From Verrucomicrobiia bacterium (GTDB taxonomy: Bacteria; Verrucomicrobiota; Verrucomicrobiia; Limisphaerales; UBA1319): a DNA stretch of 64,000 nucleotides. This document shows positions 45,297 to 55,581 of the stretch, in pieces (the first letter of the stretch is position 1; every line of letters starts with the position of its first letter). The notes under the pieces were generated by a model, which was given only the letters and a program-made list of their open reading frames with translations, was not told the origin of the DNA and made no database searches. The DNA is taken from NCBI GenBank assembly GCA_963664225.1, contig OY760937.1, positions 2,624,001 to 2,688,000 on the forward strand. Direction: 5' to 3'. Position numbers and translations under genes: made by a program.

Positions 45297-45920
45297 ATGG
45301 ATACTTTACAAACTGAATTAGCCGAGTTGAAGGGGTTTATTGCGGACCTGAAGGCCGACCGCGTCAACCAGAAGGAAAAGGAAAAGAAGGAGTCGTGGAC
45401 CAAGTTCACCTCCCTCTCGATCGTATTTCTCGCCGTTTTGGCGGCCATTGCCACCCAATGGTCGGGCAAATACGGCAGCCGCGTGCTGGCCTCGCTCAAC
45501 GATTCAACGTTCCAACAGGCCAAGGCCTCCGACCAGTGGAGCTTCTATCAGGCCAAATCCATCAAACAAAATCTCTACGAAATCTCGCGTGAACCCGTGA
45601 CCGCGCAGCCGGAAGCCAATTCCAATTCCTCCGCAGTCAAACGCCAGGAGGACGTGACCGCCAAGATCGCCAAATACGAGGCCGAGAAGAAACAGATCAG
45701 GGAGGAGGCTGAACAATTTGAAAAGCTGCGTGACAAAGCCCGTGAGGATGCCTCTGAAGCCAGCCGACTGGGTTCCGGCATGGGCTCCGCCGTGGCGATG
45801 TTCCAAATCTCCATTGCACTGGGCTCCATCTGTCTGCTCACGAAAAAGAAATCGCTCTGGTATCTTTCCATTGCCGTGGGCGTCATCGGCGCCGTCCGAA
45901 TGGCCCAGGTCTGGATGTGA
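45297..45920 (+). CDS. DUF4337-family membrane protein
   Basis: TM, ASDQWSFYQAKSIKQ, coiled coil, then FQISIALGSICLLTKKK and a final TM. Confidence 0.8.
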   Translation: MDTLQTELAELKGFIADLKADRVNQKEKEKKESWTKFTSLSIVFLAVLAAIATQWSGKYGSRVLASLNDSTFQQAKASDQWSFYQAKSIKQNLYEISREPVTAQPEANSNSSAVKRQEDVTAKIAKYEAEKKQIREEAEQFEKLRDKAREDASEASRLGSGMGSAVAMFQISIALGSICLLTKKKSLWYLSIAVGVIGAVRMAQVWM

Positions 45921-45973
45921 ATGGGCTGGCGCGGTCTTCAGAACCAAAATGAATTCTTCTGCCGTGGGGAAGG

Positions 45974-45991
45974 GGTTTTCAATTGAAAACC
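45974..45991. promoter_or_regulatory. Perfect 18-bp palindrome overlapping a putative -35 box
   Basis: GGTTTTCAATTGAAAACC contains TTGAAA (45983-88); TATAAG lies at 46005-10. Confidence 0.6.
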
Positions 45992-46022
45992 GATAGTGTG
46001 GGTGTATAAGTGAGTCGTTTAT

Positions 46023-46211
46023 ATGAGCACGAAGCCGACAGAAGCCACTTTTGCCAGCCCCAAGGTTGTCCAGCGTATCACCCTTCGAACTGGCCAGAAA
46101 CCGCAGGCCGTGACAGTGCGCATGGTGGGGCGAAAAGATGTGACCAAGTTGGTGACTGGTATCTTTGAGGCTCAAAAATCGTCTCGTCGGATGGTTATGT
46201 TAATGGACTGA
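46023..46211 (+). CDS. Small basic hypothetical protein (62 aa)
   Basis: ATG ORF directly after the putative promoter, ending 20 nt before the next gene. Confidence 0.55.
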   Translation: MSTKPTEATFASPKVVQRITLRTGQKPQAVTVRMVGRKDVTKLVTGIFEAQKSSRRMVMLMD

Positions 46212-46231
46212 GTGGGAAGCGAATAGGGGTC

Positions 46232-47794
46232 ATGTCCAACCTGACGACAGCATCACAGGTCGAAATCTTTCCATCCGACAGGCCCTTCTCGAACTTCGAT
46301 TTTGTTGACGATCATTTCCAGGGAAGTTTTCCAATTCGTCGTCTGTTTTCACAAGCCCGGTCGCGAGGCTGCAAGACATTGGTGCTTGAGAAAGTGTCTC
46401 CATCTGGAGCTGTAGCCGATGAAAACGCCGAAATCCTCAGTTTGTTTCCAGATTATCGGATGGAAGACTTGCGACGGGTTTCTTTTTGGCGCAGTGCATT
46501 TACACAAGCCGAAGAGATACCAAATCAAACGGACGATTGTTGTGCAGGTTTTGCGATTCTAAAACACGATCGCTGCGCATCGCAGAAAGTCGATGCCTGG
46601 CACGTTTTCGAATCTGTCGTTGTTCGATACGATCACAAGCACAATTATGTTTCATTAACCCAGCCTTTCGAGTTTCGAGCACAGGCGAGCCTGGTAAAGG
46701 TGCAAGGCGTTCTTTACTGCCAACAGAACGGATTAAACAAGGCATGTGCACAGGTGGCCTTGAGGAGTCTTTGCGTGACTTATTTAAACGCCCCTGGTCT
46801 GACCTTTCGCCGGATCAACCAACTGGCATTCAGAGCGGGGGAGCCTTTCACTCCTGGTAATGGACTTAATTCCATTCAGATTTTGCGGGTGCTGGATGCG
46901 TTGAATATTCCGCATTTTGCAATTTACTATTCCGCACGACCCGCGAAAGAGAAATGGAGGGCGAAGCTGCCTTACCAAAAGATCGTTTACAGTGGCATCG
47001 AGTCCGGCTCGGGGGCCTTGCTTGCTTTCTCCATGGCCGGGCCACGTGCAGGCAGCGTGGGTCATATCGTGCCGGTGTTTGGCCATACGTTCAATGAAGA
47101 CACTTGGGCGCCAAATGCCGAAGGCGACTATTTCCGCATAGGACGTAAAATTCGTTACATCCCCAGCGAGGCATGGCTCAGCAGTTTCCTGGCACACGAT
47201 GATAATTTTGGATCGAATCTGTGCATTCCAAAGGATTTCATCCATCGCAAGAGAGCTGAATTTGTGGTGGCACTTCGACCACGAGGATTTGAATATCCCG
47301 GCTTCATTGCGGAGATTGTGGCTTCGGATTTCTTTTACTCAATGCTTCCTCAGTTGAATACGCTGCCGAATCGTTGGATGCGTCGTCTTCGAGACTGTGT
47401 GGCAGACCAGAAATTGATTCTACGCACGATTCCAAGCACCAAGGCTGATTATCTGAAGCACCTGCAAACCATGGAGGATTGGCAGGATCAAAAGGAGTCC
47501 CCTCAAACCGTCACAGACATTGCCTGCATGCTCCCTGAGCGGCTCTGGGTGGTTGAGGTCGGAATTCCAGACGTTTTCTCAACGAACAAGCGAAAGCCTG
47601 GCGAATTACTCCTGGATGCAACACGGTCCTACGACGGCAAGGACATTTATAGCTTTTTCATCCTGGCCAGGCTGCCCGGCGTGTATGCTTTTTTTGAGCG
47701 TTTGGACGGACATAAACACCCGAGATTTATCCCGATAAAAAGCGAAATAGGCAGCCATACTCCGGTGCAGGATATTCGGGCTTCGAATATCTAA
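46232..47794 (+). CDS. Hypothetical protein with a papain-like (C39-like) cysteine peptidase core
   Basis: YCQQNGLNKACAQVAL (Q...C), GHIVPVFGH (His), LAHDDNFG (Asp); no signal peptide; lower GC than its flanks. Confidence 0.7.
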   Translation: MSNLTTASQVEIFPSDRPFSNFDFVDDHFQGSFPIRRLFSQARSRGCKTLVLEKVSPSGAVADENAEILSLFPDYRMEDLRRVSFWRSAFTQAEEIPNQTDDCCAGFAILKHDRCASQKVDAWHVFESVVVRYDHKHNYVSLTQPFEFRAQASLVKVQGVLYCQQNGLNKACAQVALRSLCVTYLNAPGLTFRRINQLAFRAGEPFTPGNGLNSIQILRVLDALNIPHFAIYYSARPAKEKWRAKLPYQKIVYSGIESGSGALLAFSMAGPRAGSVGHIVPVFGHTFNEDTWAPNAEGDYFRIGRKIRYIPSEAWLSSFLAHDDNFGSNLCIPKDFIHRKRAEFVVALRPRGFEYPGFIAEIVASDFFYSMLPQLNTLPNRWMRRLRDCVADQKLILRTIPSTKADYLKHLQTMEDWQDQKESPQTVTDIACMLPERLWVVEVGIPDVFSTNKRKPGELLLDATRSYDGKDIYSFFILARLPGVYAFFERLDGHKHPRFIPIKSEIGSHTPVQDIRASNI

Positions 47795-47887
47795 AATAAT
47801 TCTGAGTCGTTCGATATGGTGTCCTCAAATTCATAAATCAGTTGATTCCAAATTCTTCTCAAACAACTCTTGTCTATTGCTGGCATC

Positions 47888-48823
47888 TCACTTCCCCTTC
47901 AACGTCCTGACGCACTCCGCATATTGATCGGATGCCACGAAGTCGGCGCCGGCGTATCGGGCCGCCATCCAGCGGAGCGTGACCGCCTCAAGGGAGCCAA
48001 AATTGTAAATGGGCAGCCAGCCATGACTCGCGGCGTCCAATTCCACATGGCCGTTGAGCGTGTAGAAACGAATCCAGTAGCCGCGCTCATGTGCGCTTTG
48101 AACCAGCGCCTTCAATCGATCCGCGTCTTCCGCGCTCCAATCGCCCGCGTTGTTTAGTCCCTCAGGCTCGACGTCTTTCCAGGAATAATTCAGCCAGCGA
48201 TGAAAGTTGTCGGCCTTTTGATCCGGGTTTCCAACAGCAAACATCAACAATTTGCTTCCGACGGCGACAGATTCATAAAACGTCTTTCTTTGTTGAACGC
48301 CGTCTGAAGTCAGGATCAGGACTGGCTTTAAATCGAGGGGGGCAGCCTGCGCCATGTCGGCTGTTTTGGGCGCTGTGCAAATCCAGGATTCATATTCCCG
48401 AACCAGGCTCCACAGGGCCGCATAGAACTCCGGTTTGGAGGTCCTCAAATCGTTGATATTCAGAGTCAGCAAAGGCCATTGAGCTGTGTTCTTCTCCCGA
48501 AGCGCCTTCTCGACCAGGGGCCGGACCTTTTCAAAGAAATAATCCCTCAATGTGGGCTCGGTGCCTCTGGCCCTGCCGCCATGACCGACCACCACACGCG
48601 GGGATTCAGGGTTCGTGGTGTCCCAGATCAAATCCATTTCGATCCCCAGCGGCAGACCGCATTCCAGGGCGCGGTCCACCCGGTCCATCCACTTGCCGTC
48701 GTAGGGGTAGCAATTATGCGCATCGAGCAACACGCGCTGGCCAGGCAGATAACTCCCCGTCTGACCCCACACCGCCGACTCGAACATCAGCAATGCTGCA
48801 AGTGCCAGGTTGTAGTAACGCAT
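47888..48823 (-). CDS. Secreted PI-PLC/GDPD-like phosphodiesterase-fold protein
   Basis: Signal peptide; DAHNCY, GIEMDL, VVVGH, RFYTLN and GADFVASD are PLC-like TIM-barrel motifs. Confidence 0.7.
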   Translation of the reverse strand: MRYYNLALAALLMFESAVWGQTGSYLPGQRVLLDAHNCYPYDGKWMDRVDRALECGLPLGIEMDLIWDTTNPESPRVVVGHGGRARGTEPTLRDYFFEKVRPLVEKALREKNTAQWPLLTLNINDLRTSKPEFYAALWSLVREYESWICTAPKTADMAQAAPLDLKPVLILTSDGVQQRKTFYESVAVGSKLLMFAVGNPDQKADNFHRWLNYSWKDVEPEGLNNAGDWSAEDADRLKALVQSAHERGYWIRFYTLNGHVELDAASHGWLPIYNFGSLEAVTLRWMAARYAGADFVASDQYAECVRTLKGK

Positions 48824-48980
48824 ATTTGCTTTGTTGGAAAAAATTCAACCAGGAAATCCCGGATGAAGTTAACCTGAAACGGCCATTAATCAACAGTCAA
48901 AAATGCGGCGGGCGACGCAACGGGGCGCAGCCCGGATTCGTCGGCCGCAAGTCCGGGAGGATACCGCATTCTGGCCCCGG

Positions 48981-51536
48981 CTATTTTGGCTGTAACGGTG
49001 CCGCAGCTTTGAAGAAATCCGCGTTCAGAGCCTCGGCCCATTGCTGCGCGGCCTTCTTTTCGCCCGACTCGCTGAGGTGGATTCTGTCCACCGTATCTTC
49101 CCTGGCTAATGTGTCATAGTCCGCACCGGGGAAGCAATGGGGGTATTCCTTGATCATGCGTTCCTGCACCCGGCGGATCTGTCCGATGCCATCCGGGGGC
49201 GATTGGCGGTTGACCACCACTGCCAGGTTCGGAAAGCCGGCGTCCTTGCGGGCCTGGTCGATCCAGGCTTTGTAGTTCGCGATGATTTTGGACTCGTCCT
49301 TCTCCGGCCAATCGTTCTGGCCCTGATCGGCGAGAATTGCGCGCAGCCCCGTGACCGCACAATACTCGGTTAGCGCGTGTTTCAGGCGGATGTATGGCAT
49401 TCCAATCGACGAAAACACGAATGGATGGTCGAACTGTTCGCCGCGCGCGGATTTGGCCCAATGCTCCAGACTGGTGCCGCCAAATGCGGCATTCAAAACC
49501 AGCACCGGCACGTTTTGCGACCTGACGACGTTCTCCGCAAACGCGGCCCAGAAGTAGGTGCCGTTTCCGGCAGGGGCGGGATGGACGTTGGAAGCGAAAT
49601 GCGCTCCGACGGCTTCAGGCAGAAAACGTGGGTTGCCTGTGAATTTATATTGCCGCTGGGATTCCATATCGCCCGCCGGGAGCGCGATGGTGCTGACACG
49701 GTCGTCTTCGGCCCCGGGCAGGTTTATTTGCCCGCCGTGCGCGACCGAATGCCCCACGACAACGAAAACTTCGCCGACGCCGACACGTTCCACCGTGGCG
49801 GTGGCCGAATGGGCATCGTCCAGCGTGCGAACCTCCATCGAATACCAGCCTGCGGCCGCCGTCAGGCTGCCCCGATAGCTGAGATCGGGGCGAACGGTAT
49901 CGAGCCTAGTCCACTCGCCGGCCTTGCCTGTGGCCACATCCACAAGACGCGCCTCCACCATCGCACCCGGCCACGCGCACTTTCCGGCCATAGGAATCAA
50001 CGCGTTCCCGGCCTGATTGCGCTGGAAGACAAGCCGGTTCCCGGGCGAGGTAACCGATAGCGTCGTTTTTGCTGCGGCGCCATCCTTTGGCCGCAAACGA
50101 ATCATCGCGATGCCCGGCGCCTTCAGGTTGAGCCGTAGCGTGGCATGTTCGCCGGAGACCGATTCAATTCGCGCCTTCGAAAAATCATTTTCGACGTCGA
50201 TGATGCGGATTTCCGCAGTCACCCCGCCAGTCCAGGCAAAACCTTTCCAGTCCAGGAGGAACTCCGGGCGCGGATCGGAGTAATTACTCACCAGCAGGGT
50301 TGCTTCCCGTCCGTCCCGGCTCAGTCCAGCCGCAAAGGCCAGTTTTCCGGCAACGGCGCCGCGGGTTTCCACACGCAGGGGCGTTTCCATCAGACCCTGG
50401 AAGGCGCGCAAGCCCTGGTAGGCCTTCTGTGGGACGCCCTGCTCGGTGAAGATGCCGAAACCGCCCAATTCGCCATGGTAGAAATTGCAGACATCGATGG
50501 GCGCATCCTCCAGTTCCAAGAGCGAAGCAACGACAAATGCGGCCCCCGGCGCGCCCGCCATTTCCTTATAGCAGTTTTGCCGCGCGATGGGGGTTGCCGC
50601 GCGGTCAAGCGCCGTCCAGGTGTTGCCGGGAAGATAATTCCATTCGTTCAGGTGATTCTCGGTTTCGGTGAAGCCCTTGGAATCAAGGAGCTGCCTTATA
50701 GCCCGCGAGCGTGAGGAAAGTTCTGCGGGGTCGGCGGTGTAGCAGTGCCAGGAGAAGAAATTCAGCGGCACGTTGTCCTTGCGGCACATGTCCAAAAAGT
50801 TCACGGCAAAATCCGTAGGTTGAAATTCACCTTTGACAAAACTGCCGCTGGCGCCGAGAGCCGGTCCGCCGATCTTCAAGGCGGGGAATTGTTTCTTAAT
50901 GGCCAGTGCGGCGGTTCGATAGAGCCGCAGGTAATCGTCGTCGTTTCCGCTCCACATTGTGGGACGGTTCTCGGGTTCGTTCCAAATTTCCCAATAACGG
51001 ATGTTGTGATGAAATCCATTGGCCCAGCCTTCATTGTAATGGCGGATGATGCCGATGCAGACGGTAGCCCACTTCTCCATATCGGCGGGCGGATGGACAT
51101 GCCGCTTCACGGTCGTATGTTCAATGCTTTCGCCCAGGCGGTAGATCGGTTCCGCGCCAGTCTTGCGCACCGCGTCGATGTATTCGTCGGTCAGCCGGAA
51201 ATCGTAGCTCTCCGGCAGCGTGGGATCGGCATTCGGGTTGGGGAACACCGCATGGTGATCCACGACATACGGATTGGGCCAGCCACAATCGTGCAGGCGC
51301 GTGAATGGTATGCCCAGCTCCTTTTGCTCCTTGATTACATCGAAAATCCCACCCGGCGCCAGCGGCCCCTTGTTGATGCCGTGGAGCGGACGGATGGTTC
51401 CCGTGTGGACGGAGAAGTCGGCCTTCAAAACGGCTTCGTCAGCCTGGAGTGGAGCCGACATCAGCAGGAGGGCGATCAGCCCCAGAGCACGGCGCAGGGA
51501 TCGGGACGAAATCAAACAGGTTTTGTCATTATTCAT
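48981..51536 (-). CDS. GH39-like glycoside hydrolase fused to an SGNH (SASA/CE6-like) acetylesterase
   Basis: RLHD, YWEIWNEPE, GGPA, FFSWHCY, LNEWN (clan GH-A); then LVFQRN, GVGEVFVVVGHSVA, GGTSL, QGQND, DRIH. Confidence 0.85.
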   Translation of the reverse strand: MNNDKTCLISSRSLRRALGLIALLLMSAPLQADEAVLKADFSVHTGTIRPLHGINKGPLAPGGIFDVIKEQKELGIPFTRLHDCGWPNPYVVDHHAVFPNPNADPTLPESYDFRLTDEYIDAVRKTGAEPIYRLGESIEHTTVKRHVHPPADMEKWATVCIGIIRHYNEGWANGFHHNIRYWEIWNEPENRPTMWSGNDDDYLRLYRTAALAIKKQFPALKIGGPALGASGSFVKGEFQPTDFAVNFLDMCRKDNVPLNFFSWHCYTADPAELSSRSRAIRQLLDSKGFTETENHLNEWNYLPGNTWTALDRAATPIARQNCYKEMAGAPGAAFVVASLLELEDAPIDVCNFYHGELGGFGIFTEQGVPQKAYQGLRAFQGLMETPLRVETRGAVAGKLAFAAGLSRDGREATLLVSNYSDPRPEFLLDWKGFAWTGGVTAEIRIIDVENDFSKARIESVSGEHATLRLNLKAPGIAMIRLRPKDGAAAKTTLSVTSPGNRLVFQRNQAGNALIPMAGKCAWPGAMVEARLVDVATGKAGEWTRLDTVRPDLSYRGSLTAAAGWYSMEVRTLDDAHSATATVERVGVGEVFVVVGHSVAHGGQINLPGAEDDRVSTIALPAGDMESQRQYKFTGNPRFLPEAVGAHFASNVHPAPAGNGTYFWAAFAENVVRSQNVPVLVLNAAFGGTSLEHWAKSARGEQFDHPFVFSSIGMPYIRLKHALTEYCAVTGLRAILADQGQNDWPEKDESKIIANYKAWIDQARKDAGFPNLAVVVNRQSPPDGIGQIRRVQERMIKEYPHCFPGADYDTLAREDTVDRIHLSESGEKKAAQQWAEALNADFFKAAAPLQPK

Positions 51537-51550
51537 TCTTCAAAATCCCA

Positions 51551-54439
51551 TCAGTAGTTTGCTCCCGCTTCCATGAACCGGGCCGAACCCCATGCCGCGT
51601 GGTCGCTCGCGTTTCCATCCCCGCCGTTGAGTATCCGCAACGTGACCAGTCGCGCGCCCACGACGCTGACTTGCATGGGATGAACCATGCCCAACCGCAA
51701 GACGGGGCTTTGCGCTTTGAGTTCGCCGTCCACAAGGAGCTGCGCCACCACGCTGCCGCGCCCCGCTGAATCCTCCACGCCCACATCGGCGGCGAAGAGC
51801 GAAAGATTGCGCCCGGCGATATCGAGGGTCACATCCGCCGGAGTTGCATCCCCAAAGGCGTGGGTCCAGATGGCTTTGGGATGCAACTGGCGTCCGATAC
51901 GGACCGTCTGCCCGTGAATGTTATTGTCTCGGCGCACCGCGTTTTCCGCTCCGGCAGTGGCCCTGGCCCAGGGAAGATCGGATGCAAACACAATGCCTTT
52001 GGGAAGCGTTTTGAGCGGTTTTGTGACAACCTTGCCCGGGTTCCCGTTTGACATTCGCAACCCTCCTGCGGACCGCGATTCAACCTTCCAATACCAGGTT
52101 CGTTCCGATGGCAGTCGAAACTCCGTGTTCGTTGCCGCTGTGCATTTCTCAAACGATACACGTTGAAAGTCTGGCTGATCAGAAATCACAACGCGGTAGT
52201 CGCGAGCGAACGCGTTTTCGTTCCAATGGAGCCGCACGGTATTCGTAAAATAATCGGCCTCCACCGAGGCGGGCAGAAGCTTGAACCTGCCGGGTGGAAT
52301 CAAAGCCTTCGGTTTTCCCAGTGAAGCGTCGCGAACATAAACCAAATCGCAGCTAAAACGATTGGTCAGGTGAACGGTCAAACCGTCCGTCATCAGCTCT
52401 GATCCCAGACGCTTGCCCGCGCTGACCGAACCATCTTCGCTCCAAACCCAGTAAAGCTTGTTGGCGGCCAATCCCGCAAGGGGGACCGTCTTTTGCGGCT
52501 CAGGTGAATCGGGCCGAAACACAAAGAACGTTCCGCGCTTGAGGGGTGCGCTCCAGTAGAACAATCCATCCCAATTGGCGCCGGCGGCGCGTGGTAAAAC
52601 ATGATGCACTTTGACGTCCTTGAGCATGGGACGAATCCAGTTCTTGTAGATGCGCGTGGATTGCCGGGCTGAATCGATTTGGTCGTCGCTCCATCCGGCG
52701 GTATCGGTTGGATCGATGTGCCAGGCCCCCATCATTGCGCTGCGCCAGAGGTAATCGCCCGGCTCGTCGCCTTTCACGGGGAAGTAATTGTCGTAGGTAT
52801 AGCATTGAAGAACCAGGGGAGGCAGGGCGAAGGTCGAATCATACATGCTCTGGCGATCCGCGAGGTTGGAGAGCATATCCGTGGTCGCAATCAGGTGTGT
52901 TCGCTGGATGATCCCAAAATCCTTGATGTGCCCTCCGCCGGAGCAATCTTCGATGACCACGTGGGGGTACTTCTTATGCATGGCCTCCTGCACTTCATAA
53001 TAACCAAGCGTCGCCCAGTAGCTTGCATCCACGCCGTAATGGTGCCGGTGCGTTGTCTGCAAACAGCGGTTTACAATCGGATCGCTGTCGTGCTTGAGAT
53101 AGTCCAGATGGTAATCCCGGACGAGTGACTGCGTCTTCTCGATGGCCCACGCCCTGGCTTCCGGCGACCCCAGACACAATTTCGCGCCGTAATGAGGCCC
53201 GGGCGTCCAACCGGCGGGAGTATTGGTGCTGAACCAATCGGGGTGGCCGTTCGGACCCCGCACACTTAACGCGCCGGGTTCTTCCGAAATGCCGCCATTG
53301 CTCCAGGCGCACCAAAGGGCCTGCCGCATGCCGTTTGTATGAACCCATGCCTCTATGGGTTTGATGCCCTGGGGAAAACGGCGTGGATCCCAACGCCAAT
53401 CTCCGCATTCGGGATACCACATGGCGTCGGGCATGAACGCCTCAAAACCGAGTTCGTGACAAAACCGCGCGCTACGCAACACGTCTGCTTCGGTCGCGTT
53501 GGTCATGCCGTAATCGAGATAAAGATTATACGCCAGGATCGGGTCTGGAACGGCCGCAGGCAGCGGTGGGCGCAACTTCTCGATTACAAAGCGGTGAAGG
53601 CTGTAACTGCCCTCCTCCAGATCTCCCGAGTAACATCCGACAAAGGCAGGCGGGATCTTCAGAGTCTCACCCGGCTCGATGTCCGTCTTGAACCCGGGCC
53701 AAAGTCCCGCGGCAATGCTCAAGCCGGCATCTCGTCCCAGGGCCTGCACCCGCCCGAGTCCCGAGAATTCCCAACCGAGGTATAATCCGCGCTTTTCGCC
53801 CTCCTGCACCGCGAGCCATGGCACCGGGCTGGCGCCGTCATCGCAATTATTGGTCAACACCAGGCTTGTCCCGTTGGTCAGAGGTTGGGAAAACGTGCCG
53901 CCCTGCGTCGTGGCAGACGCGCCGCCACGCTTGATCCACCAAAGTTGCGAAGCCGCCCTTGGGCCAATCCCAATCAATGCCAGACTCTCCTGCTGGGAAA
54001 TAGACACGCGCCGGGGCGAAGCGTTTCGAATTTCCACCCAATGCTCAATGGGGCCGCGCCCCGGACGCGCGCGCCAGACCGATTCCAGCACCAGCGATGG
54101 CTCGCGATTCAGGAACTCAACGCGCAAAACGCCCGACTTTTCCAACGCTTTGGAATACTGCCATGCCGCTGGACGATCGCTTCCGTCCACACCGACACGC
54201 TCCAGCAAAGGCAACGGCGATGGGCTCGAAAGCCAGTTTTCACGCGAATGGACATCTTCCAGGCGTTGAACCACGAGCGTGTTGTCGCGCAGGCCCAATT
54301 CAATGACGGTGTCCGAGGTGGAAAGGGTCCAGGTTTGCGCAGCCATCGACGGTCGCGGCGAAACGGCAAACAAAAGCAGGAGAAGGCCGGTCCATCTGCC
54401 GAGCAAACGACGCGGCCGGGAGTTTTGGCCTGGAAACAT
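51551..54439 (-). CDS. GH36-like alpha-galactosidase with C-terminal FN3-like and NPCBM domains (start uncertain)
   Basis: PDAMW, RFPQGIKP, DYLKHD, EDCSGGG, TD; NPCBM tail FAADVGVED...GNASDHAAWGSARF. Confidence 0.82.
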   Translation of the reverse strand: MFPGQNSRPRRLLGRWTGLLLLLFAVSPRPSMAAQTWTLSTSDTVIELGLRDNTLVVQRLEDVHSRENWLSSPSPLPLLERVGVDGSDRPAAWQYSKALEKSGVLRVEFLNREPSLVLESVWRARPGRGPIEHWVEIRNASPRRVSISQQESLALIGIGPRAASQLWWIKRGGASATTQGGTFSQPLTNGTSLVLTNNCDDGASPVPWLAVQEGEKRGLYLGWEFSGLGRVQALGRDAGLSIAAGLWPGFKTDIEPGETLKIPPAFVGCYSGDLEEGSYSLHRFVIEKLRPPLPAAVPDPILAYNLYLDYGMTNATEADVLRSARFCHELGFEAFMPDAMWYPECGDWRWDPRRFPQGIKPIEAWVHTNGMRQALWCAWSNGGISEEPGALSVRGPNGHPDWFSTNTPAGWTPGPHYGAKLCLGSPEARAWAIEKTQSLVRDYHLDYLKHDSDPIVNRCLQTTHRHHYGVDASYWATLGYYEVQEAMHKKYPHVVIEDCSGGGHIKDFGIIQRTHLIATTDMLSNLADRQSMYDSTFALPPLVLQCYTYDNYFPVKGDEPGDYLWRSAMMGAWHIDPTDTAGWSDDQIDSARQSTRIYKNWIRPMLKDVKVHHVLPRAAGANWDGLFYWSAPLKRGTFFVFRPDSPEPQKTVPLAGLAANKLYWVWSEDGSVSAGKRLGSELMTDGLTVHLTNRFSCDLVYVRDASLGKPKALIPPGRFKLLPASVEADYFTNTVRLHWNENAFARDYRVVISDQPDFQRVSFEKCTAATNTEFRLPSERTWYWKVESRSAGGLRMSNGNPGKVVTKPLKTLPKGIVFASDLPWARATAGAENAVRRDNNIHGQTVRIGRQLHPKAIWTHAFGDATPADVTLDIAGRNLSLFAADVGVEDSAGRGSVVAQLLVDGELKAQSPVLRLGMVHPMQVSVVGARLVTLRILNGGDGNASDHAAWGSARFMEAGANY

Positions 54440-54959
54440 GACGGACAAAAAATCGGCGCTATTCATCGGATGTTTCATGACTTGCTTTGTTCTCAATCTC
54501 CATGGTTGCTTCAGCGAAAAACCCTGTTTTCCCTGATCCCGCAGATGACCGCGTCCTTCGGGACATTTCGGGACCGCCATCGATCCTTGCCATAGCCTTT
54601 TGCCATGGACGGAAATTTCAATTGTCTCAATTGCTTCATTGCAGCCAACCGGGGGAATGGGATCGCCCTTATGATGCCTTGATTCGTCCATTGATCAAGC
54701 CGCCATTTTCCGGTTTTTATTAGCAGATGGAGCGCGGAACAAAATCCAAGGCATCGAGCTAAAGCACCCAATCATTCCAGCACAGGGCGCGAAAAGGGTG
54801 GTTTCTTTGCATTGGCCGTAATCCAGGCCCGCACATTGACAATTACGGTTGGACATTCCTCATTTCAGTGCGATTAGTTCTTCATCTGGAAGGTATAAGA
54901 CCTGCGTATGCACGGCAGGGCCGTTTAGTTCGACCAATGAATGAGTAGCTTGATTTGCC

Positions 54960-55517
54960 ATGAAAACGATGAACCGATTATTCCTCAGCGCGGCCGCGGC
55001 TTTTGCCTTGCTCGCCTCCATTTCCACTCAGGCGGCCGTGGACATGTTTCTGGACATGGGCAAAGACATACCCGGGGAATCCACCGATAAAGCGCATCCC
55101 AACACCGTGGATGTCCTGGCCTGGAGCTGGGGAATGTCCAACTCAGGCACGACTCACCTTGGCGGAGGCGCGGGTGCGGGCAAGGCGAGCTTCCAGGACT
55201 TGAGCCTCACGAAATATGTGGACAAGGCCAGTCCCAATCTCATGTTGTACTGCGCCAACGGAAAGCATTTCGCAACCGCCACCTTGATCGTTCGCAAAGC
55301 TGGCGCAGTACCGGTCGAATACATCAAAATCACGATGTCGGAAGTCATGGTAACCAGCGTTTCGACGGGGGGATCCGGCGGGGAGGATCGTCTGACAGAG
55401 AACATCACCTTGAATTTTGCAAAAGTTGATTTCAGTTATGTGCCCGTGGATCCCAAGGGAGGTGCCGGTACGGCCGTCGAGATGAAGTGGGATATCGCGG
55501 CCAACATCGCGCAATGA
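54960..55517 (+). CDS. hcp: Hcp (T6SS tube protein family) with N-terminal Sec signal peptide
   Basis: MKTMNRLFLSAAAAFALLASISTQA|AVDMFL..IPGESTDKAH...VLAWSWGMS...LTKYVDKASPNL...GKH...VRKAG...VSTGGSGGEDRLTENITLNFAKV; closely follows P. aeruginosa Hcp1 motifs. Confidence 0.93.
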   Translation: MKTMNRLFLSAAAAFALLASISTQAAVDMFLDMGKDIPGESTDKAHPNTVDVLAWSWGMSNSGTTHLGGGAGAGKASFQDLSLTKYVDKASPNLMLYCANGKHFATATLIVRKAGAVPVEYIKITMSEVMVTSVSTGGSGGEDRLTENITLNFAKVDFSYVPVDPKGGAGTAVEMKWDIAANIAQ

Positions 55518-55581
55518 TGGCTGGACTCTGTAACTCAGAGCCCGCTTGAGTGCGGTTTGTGTTTTCATTCCTATTGCGCCT

